64,000 nucleotides of DNA from Pristiophorus japonicus (lineage: Eukaryota). Below the pieces are notes generated by a model. It was not told the DNA's origin, ran no database searches, and was given only the letters and a program-made list of their open reading frames with translations. Numbering within the stretch: the first letter of the stretch is position 1; every line of letters starts with the position of its first letter. The translations under genes and the position numbers were made by a program. Where the stretch lies: positions 19,530,001-19,594,000 of the forward strand of contig NC_091999.1 in assembly GCF_044704955.1 (NCBI RefSeq). Direction: 5' to 3'. Shown here piece by piece: positions 38,401 through 50,421 of this stretch.

Positions 38401-39495
38401 GTACACAGTGTGATAATTCAACCACAGAGACAGTGTCATTAACCCAATAGAACTACGTGTACACAATGATAACAGCGTGAAAATTCAACCACAGTGACAG
38501 TGACGTTAACCCAATAGAATTAAATGTACACAATGATAACAGTGCGTTAATTCACTCACAGTGATAGTGTCAGTAACACAATACAATTCCAAGTCCACCG
38601 TCACAACAGTGTAAGAATTTACCCTCAGTAAAATACCAATTATACAAATGGAAATTACACAATGACAACAGTGTGTTAATTCACCCACATTGACAGTGCC
38701 AATAGCAAACTAGAACTAAAATAGAAGAGGCGCGGGCCCACTCGGTCCGTGCAGCAGAGTTTGATCTCCAGTCCTCTTGGTTAACCCTTGCCCCTGGACC
38801 CACACTTAACTCTGACAAGCCTATGTGGTGGATGGCGTGCAACGGCCACCACATATTAACAAAATCCACGAACACGCATCTTCCACCCTTCAATATGCTG
38901 TTCAGCACCTGCAATATTAGGGCCTTCATTGAAACACCTGTGAACTCATCATTTTTTTGCGTGGAAGCAAATCATTCTAGATTCGAGAGACTGCCTGAGA
39001 GGAGAAGAGAACTTCATGTACACAGTGATAACAGTGTGATAATTCACCGACAGTGAGAGTGTCAGTAATCCATCAGAACTACATGTACACAATAATAAGT
39101 GTGATAATCTGCAGATGTCGAGTATGCCTCGATTTATTGAGTGCAAATCATTGATGTATGACGTAAACAACGGTGGTCTCAGCACGGGTCCCTATGGAAC
39201 ACCACATACAACTTTCTCTTAGTCTGAGAAACGTATGTTAATTCTTGCTTTTTTCTGTTCTTTCCCCTGTGTTTAGACATCTTTCAGCCGTTTCTGCCAC
39301 TTGGTTCCTCACTCCACATGGCCTGACTTTTGTCATGAATCTTTGATGCGGCATCTTATCGAAATCCTTTTGAAAGTCCACGTATAACACATCCACTGTA
39401 TTCACCCAGAAGATATTCACCCCCATTGACAATATCAGTAACTCAATAGAACTCCATGTACACAATGATAACAGCGTACGAATCTACCCACTGAA
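38400..39495 (+). repeat. Approximately 67-bp minisatellite fragments (GTACACAATGATAACAGTGTG...CACAGTGACAGTGTCAGTAACCCAATAGAAC), interrupted by other repeats
   Basis: Unit starts near 38459, 38526, 39018 and 39086. Confidence 0.8.
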
Positions 39496-40049
39496 ATTGG
39501 GAGATATGTTCAATCACGTTGAGCACTGGACCAAAATAGATAAAGACATCAGATGGTTCATTTTGTTAGGATAAATAAGAAAACCACTTGCTACATGGAA
39601 GGTAAGAAACTATAAGGGGAAGTGCAGGTTAGCGATATGGGAATAAGGATACATAAATCATCGAAGCAACAGCACTGATAATGACAAAAAATGTAAAACA
39701 AGTCCTGGCATTCATTTCTAGAGGAATGTAATACACAAGTAGGGAGGAAATCTTAAATCTGTATTAAAACTTGGTTAGAGGAAATTAATATTCAAGCAGG
39801 GAGGAAATAAGTTCACAAGAACATACGGACGAGGAGCAGGAGTAGGGCACTCCAGCTTGCTCCTCCAAGCAATGAGATATTTAATCGGTGTTTAACCCTC
39901 TGTTATTTGATGCCGAGGCTAGAGTGCTACCACAGAGCCACTGCTGACAACCTTATAAAAGTAATAACTTTCAAAAGGGAATTAGAGATATACTGGAAAA
40001 GGAACTGTTTGCTGGGTTGTGGAGAACGAGCAGGGGACGTGAACTAAAT

Positions 40050-42605
40050 GGCAGAGCAGGCTCGAGGAGCCGTATGTCCTACTTCTGCTCCTATTTCTTA
40101 TGTTCTTATGTTCATATGATCCCCCATTGCAATAAATTTCAACATTACACTTGCCTTCCCAATTCCTATCAATGTGGATAACCTAACAGTTTCCCACATT
40201 ATAATCCATCTGCTAAATTTTCGCCCACTCAGCCTGTCACGTCCTCTTCACAACATACCTTTGTATCATCAGCAAATTTGGCTACGTTACACTCGGTCCC
40301 TTCATCCAAGTCACGAATATAGCTTGTAAATAGTGGAGGCCACAACACTGATCCTTGTGGCACCTCTCTCGTTTCAGTTTGACAATCTGAAAATTAACCA
40401 TTTATCCCGAGTCTCTGTTTTCTGTTAGTTACCCAAACGTCTATCCTTGCTAATAAATTATCGCTTACCCACGAGCACTTATCTTGTGCAGTAACCTTTT
40501 GCATGGTATCGTGTTGAATGCTTTCTTGAAATCCAAATGGACTACATCTAATGGTACCACATTTATCCATCCTACTCGTTATAACCTCAAAGAACTCCAG
40601 CAAATTGTCAAACATGATTTCCCTTTTATAAAATCATGCTTGCTCTGTTTCACTATATTGTGATTTTCCAAATGACCTGCTTCTATTTCCTTAATAGTGG
40701 ACTCCAGTCTTTGCCCAATGACAGATGTTATCCTAACTGGTCTATAGTGTTCTGCTTTCTTTCTCCCTCCGTTCTTAAATTGTGCCATTTATTTGCGGTT
40801 TTAAAGTCCCGTGTGACCTCTCCAGAATCCAGGGGTTTTGGTAGATTGCAAGCAATGCATCCATTATCTCAGCAGCTATTTATTTTACGATCTCAGAATG
40901 CAGGCCATGAGGTTCAGGGAATTGTACACCATGAGTCCCATTATGTTACCGAGTCCTTTTTCTCCAGTGATAGAGATTGTTTTAATTCTCCCTTCCTATA
41001 ACCTCTTGATTATTTATTATTAGGATGTTTTTAGTGTCTTCTAGCATGAAGACCAATAAAATTATTCATTGAAAGTCTCTCCCATTTCCCCGTTTCCAAT
41101 TATTTAATACAGAATACTGAATGTCAGTTTGATTTTATCTGGATTTCTGGTTGTGTTTTTGCAGATAACTTGCAACAATTTTAAGAGTTTATTAAATCTA
41201 TGACAAAACGTTGTCCCTTTACTATTTCGTTTGGCAAACTGATTAATTTAGGACAGCAATACAATTATTCAAGATTATTTTATTGAACGCACAAAAAAGA
41301 CAAAATCCATCGTTTTGCTGAGTTAGAAACACCAGTCAGTGTAAAATCTGTATTGTAAGGAAGTAACCGGGATAGAGGAGGTGAAGGGTCACATCGATGA
41401 GTCAAGTTCCAACTGTTTATTCCATTCTAACACAGAGCACATTTCAAGAGCCCGAGGAATGGCGTCCAATTGAGAGACCCGCACATGCAATATTCACACC
41501 AAACTTCCAGGAATGTTACCAATATTGGCGATCGCAAGTTCTTTGGTTGTTTTGGCAACAAACGCAGCTTTGATGATGATTTTAAATGGGCGCACCCGAC
41601 CCCAGCAGCTGTATTGTAACGTGGATTCCACTGTTGCCCATTCACCAGACTCCTCTACTAAACCTCATCATTGTTACATTTCATCCCTGCACTTGAAATG
41701 TGCTGATTTTGTGATTTTGCTGGGATAGATTATGTTTACTCCACACAATATGCATGAAAATGGAAAGTATTGCAGAGAGTGGGACTTGAAATTTGTCTCG
41801 GGCGATGGCGCAAATCAGCCCGCTTCTTATAAGGATTGGTTATGAATAAGGAAATACGTGCATTATATAGCGCCTTTCACGTCCACCAGCACTTTACAGA
41901 GAATTAACTAAGTTTGGAGTGTATTCACTGCTATGAGTGAAGTATTTTGAATACCAGGTGCTCGTATAATTGGGCGGGGGGGGGGGGGCGGAGGGGATGT
42001 AGATGTTCTATATTAACGACCTGGAAGAAGGGACTGAGAGTAACATAGCCAAATTTGCTGACGATAATGATGGGAGTAAAAGCAATGTGTGAGGAGGACA
42101 CAAAAAATCTGTAAAAGGACATAGACAGGCTAAGTGAGTGGGCAAAAGTTTGGCAGGTGGACTATAATGTTGAAAAGTGTGAGGTCATGCATTTATGCCG
42201 AAAAAATCAAAGAGAAAGTTATTATTTGAATGGAGAAAGATTGCAAAGTGCTGCAGTAGAGCGGGATCTGGGTTTACGTGTGCATGAAACAGAAAAGGTA
42301 GTATGCAGGTACAGCAAATGATCAGGAAGGCCAATGGTATCTTGGCCTTTATTGCAAAGGGGTGGAGTATAAAAGCAGGCAAGTTTTACGACAGCTATAT
42401 ACGATATTGGTGATGCCACACACGGAATACTGCATGCAGTTTTGGTTTTTATATTTAAAAAAGGATATACTTACTTTGGAGGCAGTTCGCAGAAGGTTTA
42501 CAAGGTTGATTCCAGAGATGAGAGGCGTGTCTTATGAGGAAAGCTTGCATCGGTTCGGCCTCTACTCATAGGAGTTCAGAAGAATGTGAGGTGATCTTAT
42601 CGAAA
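40050..42605 (+). repeat. Segmental duplication, copy B
   Basis: Collinear with 17960-19948 plus 22962-23268. Retains about 250 bp (41570-41820) that is absent from copy A. Confidence 0.9.
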
Positions 42606-42990
42606 TGTATAAGATTAAGAGGGGGCTTGACAACGTGAATGCAGAGAAGATGTTTCTATTGATGGGTGAGACTAGAACTAGAGGGCACGATTTTAGAATA
42701 AGGGACCGCTTATTTAAAACAAAGATGAGGAGTAATTTCTTCTCTCAGAGGATTGTAAATCTGTGGAATTCGCTGCCTCAGAGAACTGTGGAAGCTGGGA
42801 CATTGAATAAATGTAAGACAGAAATAGACAGTTTCTTAAAGGATAGGGGGATAAGAGATTATGGGGAGCGGGCGGGGAATTGGAGCTGAGTCCATGATCA
42901 GATCAGCCTCATTCTTACTGAATGACGGAGCAGGCTCGTGGCACCGTATGGTCTTCTGTTCTTATTTCTTATGTTCTTATGATCTTATGA
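42000..42990 (+). mobile_element. CR1 LINE 3' end
   Basis: KFADD, YCMQFW and FFSQRIVNLWNSLP motifs; (TTCTTATG)n tail. Confidence 0.92.
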
Positions 42991-43199
42991 CACCATCCGA
43001 GACGAATTTCCTCATTGCGTTTGCTACAAAATGGATGGAATTTTCACAAATGAACACACCCAGTTTTAACATTAGCAGAACAAGATACATTCTACAATGT
43101 AACGGAGTTCAAATTGAGATTTATTTACAAAAAGCTTTTCATTCGACTTGATTCTTGTCAACCGCATTTTCTGACTAATCTCAGAATGATTGTCCAGAG

Positions 43200-44270
43200 A
43201 GATTTCACGAATTCTTCAGCTCTGATCTGACTTTCCCCTGGTTGCTGTATAAATGCACGGGTTGTGAATGCAACTCAAAAACTTCAGTAAAGTTCCGGTT
43301 TCCGTGGCGATATAGCTAGGGGCTATGTGGTCGCCTCGGTCATAAATGGTGTTTGTCACGGCAGCAGTCAGCCACAACAGTATGAAACTGCCCGATATAA
43401 TGAACAGCAAAATGATGGATTTCCTTCGGTTCTGCATCTCTATTTCGCTATGATTCTCACGCCTGTGACCTCGCAGTCCACTGCGGGTTCTATTGGCCAC
43501 TAAAATACGATGGATAGTTAATGAATTAAACAGGACAATTAAAGTAAAAGGAAGCCAAACAACCTATACACTGTGATACCAGACGTATGATCTTATGACA
43601 CCATCCAAAACGAATTTCCAACATTGCGTTTGCTACAAAATTGATGAAATTTTCATAAATGAACACACCCGGTTTTACCATTAGCAGAACAAGATACATT
43701 CTACAATGTAACTGAGTTCAAATTGAGATTTATTTACAAAAAGCTTTTCATTCGACTTGATTCTTGTTAACCGCATTTTCTGCCTAATCTCAGAATGATT
43801 GTCCAGAGAGATTTCACGAATCTAAAGTTGACTGAAAAAAAGCCGCTCTTGACTGGCAGACGCAAAGCACATTGTTGATTATTTGCTGAGGTTCATATAC
43901 AAACAAAAGAGGAATATCCTTGAAACAACTCAAAACAAAAAATGTTGTGCTAACCGCAGCCGCAGATTGCACATTCCAATACCTTGATTTAAATTTCTGC
44001 TAACAGAGAACTACATAGCGATCAAATGTGAAGGAGACGGTTAACCAAACAGACAACTCAAAGGTGACAGTTGTCATGAATATAATTAGCCTACACACAG
44101 AAGTGTGGGACAGCAATCAAAATGGAAAGTGATAAGTGAAAATATGATACAATGTTACATTGATGATCATGACCAGTCGATCCGCTGCTGCCATTCCTAC
44201 CATGTAGACCGAGATACACTTGGAAAGGCCGCACTTTCCTTTGCAGAGATCACAATTGTCACCAAGTTCG
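43200..44270 (-). pseudogene. Second GPR139/GPR142-like GPCR main exon, with stops, frameshifts and a 236-bp insertion
   Basis: Splice acceptor ctctctttcttacag, then NLVTIVI / KGKCGLSKCISVYMVGMAAAD, SVWLTVSFTFDRYV, YEPQQIINN, NRRKSIILLFIISGSFILLW and NPCIY. Confidence 0.88.
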
Positions 44271-45184
44271 CTGTAAGAAAGAGAGAGGAGGGAAATACTG
44301 TTGCAGTGTTTGATTGAAATAGACACCGAGAGAACTGTTGAGAGTATTCCTCTCCATTCAGTGCGATTATCAACATGAAGCAGTGTGAGAACAGAATTAT
44401 TAGTGCAGCCATTTCCTGGGTAACATCCCCAAACATTTAATGAGCCACTGCAGCGCTGATGATGCACGGGGTATAAAAGGTCTGGAAGTCCGCTAAAAAT
44501 CTATGCGTTGATATCGAATTTTAAGAAATGCAGTAAGCACAGACATGCAGTTCATGACTTTGTTCCAGTCACTACCGACTGTGTGACGCTGACATCCTGG
44601 AAACACATTAACTTATACAACTGGCTGCAAGATCAACGAGACAATAAAAACCGATTAGCAACAAACAGGTTACAATGGCTCACTGGGGACACCGAAGGCT
44701 GCGAGAATCGGGTAGTAAATCTTTTTACTCAGAACAATAATTGGTCGCCCGATTTTCTGTGAGAATGGCTAAATTCGGCAGCAGTGGAAAGCCTTCACTG
44801 AAGCAATGGAAAGTGAACCTGTATTTATCTACACATCAATGCATTAGGGAGTCAATTAAGTTAAATCATAATTAACATTAGTTTCAGTCACGTAATAAAT
44901 GCACTCATGTAATTAGCTGTTTTATCTCTGATACGTCTGTTTAAAAAAACATTTCAACATTGCTCCAGGACAATTAAAAAAAACACAATGAAAATATTGT
45001 TTACAAGCGAAAAATGAACTGTCCCAGCCCTGGTGCTGATCCGATTCCAATCATTATGAGGAGAGCCTGCCTTGCAAAAATCGCTGAGACCCTCCCCTTG
45101 CCTCACTACTGGTGCAAGAACTCCTTCACATCAAGTGCTGAAATAAGTGCTGTAATACGTGTGATGACAACAGTACTGCAGCAT

Positions 45185-46495
45185 TAAAAGTGACTGTATC
45201 TCTCCAGTATTAGTGGTACCTACACTTACACGAAATGTGAGCAAACTCCTCCGGTACTTGTAGTAACTACACATACACTAGAGGTGACTGTATCCCTCCT
45301 GTACTAGTGGTACCTACACTTACATTAGAAGTGACCGAGCTCCTACAGTACTAGTGGTACCTACACTTGCATTAGAGGTGATCGAGTCCCTCCTGTACTT
45401 GTGGTACCGACACTTACACTAGAGGTCATCGTATCCCTGCTGTGCTTGTGGTACCCACACTTACACTAGAGGTGACCATAGCCCTCCTGTACTAGTAGTA
45501 CCTACAGTTACACCAGATGTGTCCATATCCCTCCTGTACTAGTGGTACCTACAGTTACACTAGATGTGTCCATATCCCTCCGGTATTTGTAGTACCTACA
45601 TTTATACTAGAGGCGACCGTAACCCTCCTGTACTAGTTGTACCGACACTTACACTAGATGTGTCCGTATCCCTCCTGTACTAGTGGTAACTACAGTTGCA
45701 CTAGATGTGTCCATATCCCTCCGGGATTTGTAGTACCTACACGTACACTACAGGTGACCGAGATCCTGCAGTACTAGTGATACCTACATTATACTAGAGG
45801 TGACCGCGATCCTACAGTACCAGTGGTACCTACACTTAAACTAGAGGTGACTGGATCACTCCTGTACTAGTGGTACCTATACTTACACTAGAGGTGACCG
45901 TATCACTCCTGTACTATTGGTAACTAAACATACACGAGAGATGACCGTACCCCTCCTGTATTTGTGGTATCTACACTTAGACTAGAGCTGACTGTATCCC
46001 TCCTGTAATAGTGTTGCATATATGTACACTGGATGTGATCGTATCTCTACAGTTTTAGTTATACTTACACTTACACTACAAGTGACCATGCTCCTTAGTT
46101 ACTAGTTTTAACTACACTTACCCTGAGATGACCTTGCCCCTCCGTTACTATTGGTACATACAGTTACATTAGAGGCACCTGTGTTACCTCGGTGCTTTTA
46201 GAGGGAATGGAATTACTCCTGCCTTTATACCAGAGAAGGCAGTGTATGTTCAATAGTAATGTAACTCCGACAGTTAAAAAAGGTGGCCTTGCGACTCCGA
46301 TATTATTGGTAACCTGAACATACACTGGACTTTCCCATGCTCTTCTATTACTGATGGCCACCTACACTTACACTAGAGATGACCGTGTTCGCTAGTGCAA
46401 GTGGTACCTACAACCACCCCAGCGGATAGCGCAGCCCTCCAGTGCTAGTAATAGCTACATTTACACTAGAGGTGACCGTGCTCCTCCGGTACTAG
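45185..46495 (+). repeat. 47-bp minisatellite (CTCCTGTACTAGTGGTACCTACACTTACACTAGAGGTGACCGTATCC)
   Basis: Unit starts at 45531, 45578, 45625 and 45672. About 20 or more copies, with a non-repeat gap near 46200-46355. Confidence 0.95.
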
Positions 46496-46509
46496 TGGAG
46501 AATACACAA

Positions 46510-47318
46510 ATACATAAGAAAACAAGAAATAGTAGCAGGAGTAGGCCATTTGGTGCCTCGAGCCTTCTCCGCCATTCAATATGATAACAGCTGATCTGAT
46601 CTTGCCTTCAACTCCATTTCCCTGCCTGCTCCCCATAACCCTGACTGCCTTACTATTCAAAAATCTATCTCCACTTTAAATATATTAAATGACCCAACAT
46701 CGGCAGTTCGCTGGGGTAGTGAATTCCAAACATTCACGACCATCTGAGAAAACAAATTCATCCTTCTTTCCATTTCATATGGGCGACCCCTTATTGTGAA
46801 ACTATTCTGCCAAGTATCAGAAACATCCACTCTGTAACTACACTGGCAAGCCCCCTCATAATTTTATAAGTTTCAATATGATTACCTCTCATTCTTCCAA
46901 ACTCCAATGAGAAGAGGCCCAACCTGCTGAACCTTTCTTCATAAGACAATACCAGCACTGATCACTGCGGCACCACACTAGTTAGTTTGCCAACCTGAAA
47001 ATGACCCATTTATCCCAACACCATGTAAGTTATCCAGTCCTCTCTCCATGCTAATATATATTACAGCCATTTATATTGTACTTTTATATTGTTAGCTTTT
47101 ATATTGTACAGTAACATTTTATGTTGAACCTTATCGAATTCCTTCTGGAAATACAAATACAAGGCATCTACGGGTGCCTCTTTATCCAGCAAGCTCAGTA
47201 AATATTTTTATTAACTCCTGCAACTGTGACAAACATGATTTCCCTTCCACACAGCCATCCTGACTCTGCTTGACTGTATGATGACTTCCTAAATGGCCTC
47301 CTGCTACTTCCTTAATAA
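46510..47318 (-). mobile_element. CR1 fragment, host of the RTE insertion; resumes at 48300-48365
   Basis: CR1 3' UTR and RT pieces; the CR1 sequence is contiguous across the RTE. Confidence 0.85.
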
Positions 47319-48299
47319 CACTCTCTTCCACAGGCGACCGAAGGCTGCACAGGTGCAATGGAGGCGGTGTTGAAACTCGTCATTGATGTCTGCTCTTGCT
47401 GAGAGTAGGCTCCCGAGGCATGGAAAATTTTCTAAGTTGTGCAAGACCGAGCCATGTATTTTGATGACTGGGGGGCAGTGCTGTGTGGCGGGGTTAGTTT
47501 GGTGGATGATCTTTGACTTACGAATGGTTAGTCTAAGGCCAATGCTTTCGTACACTTCGGTGAAGATGTTGACAAAATTCGGGAGTTCAGCCTCGGAATG
47601 GGAGCAAACACATTCATCGTCAGTGTACTGTAGTTCGATGACAGAGCATGGGAAAGGATTGCCCTCCTATATGGTTCAGAGAAGGGGACTATATGACAGT
47701 AGACACCTCAAATCGCTGGAGATATATTACCAAAGCTGACTCCAGAACATCCTGCAAATCCCCTCGGAGGATAGATGTACCAACGTCAGTGTTCTCGATC
47801 AGGCCAAATTCCGCAGCAGCGAAGCACTGACCATACTCGACCAGCTCCGTTGGGCGGGTAACATCGTCCACGTGCCCGACACAAGACTCCAAAAGCAAGC
47901 GCTCTATTTGGAACTCCTAATGGCAAGCGATCCCCAGGTGGGCAGAGGAAATGTTTCAAGGACACTCCCAAAGACTCCTTGATAAAATGCAACATTCCCA
48001 CCGACACCTGGGACTCCCTGGTGCAAGACCGCCATAACTGGAGGAAGAACATGCGGGAGGCTAGTGAGCATCTCGAGTCTAGTTGCTGTGAGCAAGCAGG
48101 AAGCAAGGGGAGGCAGCGGAAGGAGTGTGTGACAAACCAGATTCCCCACCCACGCTTTCCTTCAATGCCTGTCTGTCCCACCTGTGACAGACACTGTCAT
48201 TCCCATATTGAACTGTACAGACATCTGGGAACTCACCTTTAGAGTGGAAGCAAGTCTTCCTCACATTAGAGGGACTGCATATGATGATGATGTTCATTA
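47319..48299 (+). mobile_element. RTE LINE with an inverted 5' segment and target-site duplication
   Basis: 47319-47646 is minus-strand RT (VIELQYTDD...GRLWKRV). 47660-48295 is the plus-strand 3' end (LLYGSE...CPTC...H, (TGA)n tail). Flanks are TTCCTTAATAA and TTCCTTCATAA. Confidence 0.85.
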
Positions 48300-48367
48300 T
48301 TCCTTCATAATGAACTCCAGCATTTTCCCAACGACAGCGGTTACACTGACTGTTCTATGGTTTGCTG

Positions 48368-49230
48368 ATTTAGGGAAATTGATGGGATTGAAGATCGATA
48401 AATCTCCGGGGCTTGATGGTCTGCATCGCAGAGCACTTAAGGAAGTGTACCTAGAAATAGTGGATGTATTGGTGATCATTTTCCAACAGTCTATCAATTC
48501 TGGATCAGCCCCAATGGACTGGAAGGCAGCTAATGTAACACCACTTTTTAAAAAGGGAAGGAGAGAGAAAGCGGGTAATTATATTCCAGTTAGCCTGACA
48601 TCAGTAGTGGGGAAATGTTCGAATCAATTATTAAGGTTGAAATAGCAGTGCATTTGGAAAGCAGTGACAAGATCGGTCCAAGTCAGCATGGCATTATGAA
48701 GGGGAAATCAGGCTTGACAAATCTTCTAGAATTTTTGAGGATATAACTAGTAGAGTGGACAAGGGAGAACCAGTGGATGTGGTGTAATTGGACTTTCAAA
48801 AGGCTTTTGACAAGGTCCCACACAAGAGATTTGTGTGCAAAATCAAAGCACATGGTATTGAGAGTAATATACTGACCTGGATAGAGAACTGGTTGGCAGA
48901 CAGGAAGCAGAGTGTCAGGATAAACGCATCCTTCTCAGAATGGCAGGCAGTGACTAGTAGAGTGCCGCAGGACTCAGTGTTGGGACCCCAGCTCTTTACA
49001 ATATCTTTCAATGATTTGGATGAAGAAATTGAGTGTAATATCTCTAAGGTTGCAGATGATACTAAACTGGGTAGCAGTGTGAGCTGTGCCGGGGACGCTA
49101 GGAGGTTGTGGGTTTATTTGGACAGGTTAGGTGAGTGGGCAAATGCATGTCAGATGCATTATAAAATGGATAAAGGTGAGGTTATCCTCTTTGGGGCCAG
49201 AAACGCGAAGACAGAATATTATCTGAATGG
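48368..49230 (+). mobile_element. CR1 RT fragment
   Basis: DFQKAFDKVPH, VPQDSVLGP and KVADDTKLG motifs. Confidence 0.92.
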
Positions 49231-49719
49231 GCAAAAGAACAAAAGGCGGCATAAGAAAAAACATTTTCATGCAGTGAGTGTTTATCTGTTTTGTGCTGCC
49301 TGAAAAGCTAAACTTTATCTTTCAAAACGGAATTTTATAAGTATCTGACGTAAAAGCGTGCAAGGCTACGAGGAGAGGCCGGGTCATCACGGACTCAATG
49401 GGAAAAATTGTCTTCTTACGTGCTATAAGCATTCTATGATTTTATAAAGAGGTTTCTTCTGAATTCCACATAAGATTTATTGGCGACTCTTTTATATTGA
49501 TGGCCTCTACTTTTGCTCTTCCCCACAAGAGGAAACATAATCTCTGCAATCACTCTACCAAAACCTTTCGATCTTAAAGACCGCTATTAGATCACCCTGA
49601 AACCTTCCCTTGTTAAGAGAAAAGACAACAAGCCTTTACATCCTTTCGTGATAGGTATAACCTCGAATTACTGGTATCATCCTTGTAAATATTTTCTGCA
49701 AGCTCGCCAGTCCTTCTAT

Positions 49720-49995
49720 GTCTCTATTTAAATTAAACTAGATCCTGCCTCAGTTATTACTGCAGTAGACCCAGTCCCTGTTTCGATAACACGAGACCCT
49801 GTAGCTGTTTATATTAGACTAGACCCTGTCTCTGTTTATATTACAATAGACACTTTCTCAATTATTACTGCACGCATCCCTATCACTGTTTAAATTTTTC
49901 TAGGCAATATATCTGTTATTAATGCACTGCACAATGTTGCTGTTGCAAGGCCTTGACTGTTAATTTGCACTAGATCAGATTTCTGTTTGTATTGC
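49720..49995 (-). repeat. 27-bp satellite, inverted and degenerate
   Basis: CTAGACCCTGTCTCTGTTTATATTAC units. Confidence 0.8.
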
Positions 49996-50367
49996 ATCGT
50001 CCCTGGAAATGTACAATTGTAATGGTTTGCAGGAACAGAGCGACATAGTGGAGTCCGTTGACATGTGGCAGGCCAAGTTTATAAGGCTTTTAACAAGGAA
50101 TATTGGATTTTTGCCTTTATAAATGGAGGCGTAGAGTACAAAAGGAATGATTTAGTGCTAACCTTTTATAAAACACTGTTTCGGCCCCGTGCATTCATTG
50201 ATTTATGCATCTATTAATCCATCCATCAGTCCATTAAATAAAACAAAATAGGGCATCTAACTATCCACCATATCTGCAATGCTGCATCCATCTATCCATC
50301 AACGCAAACTTGCAGACTTATTTATTTCAGAATGTATCCTACCTCTGAGATGTTGTCTTCCTATCTG

Positions 50368-50369
<2 letters not shown>

Positions 50370-50421
<52 letters not shown>
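50370..50421. repeat. (CTAT)n microsatellite
   Basis: Direct inspection. Confidence 0.97.

Noticed and set aside
45185-46495. Regularly spaced repeats with palindromic cores as a CRISPR-like array
   Set aside because: Units are head-to-tail without unique spacers, there are no cas genes, and the context is vertebrate. The same applies to the other arrays.
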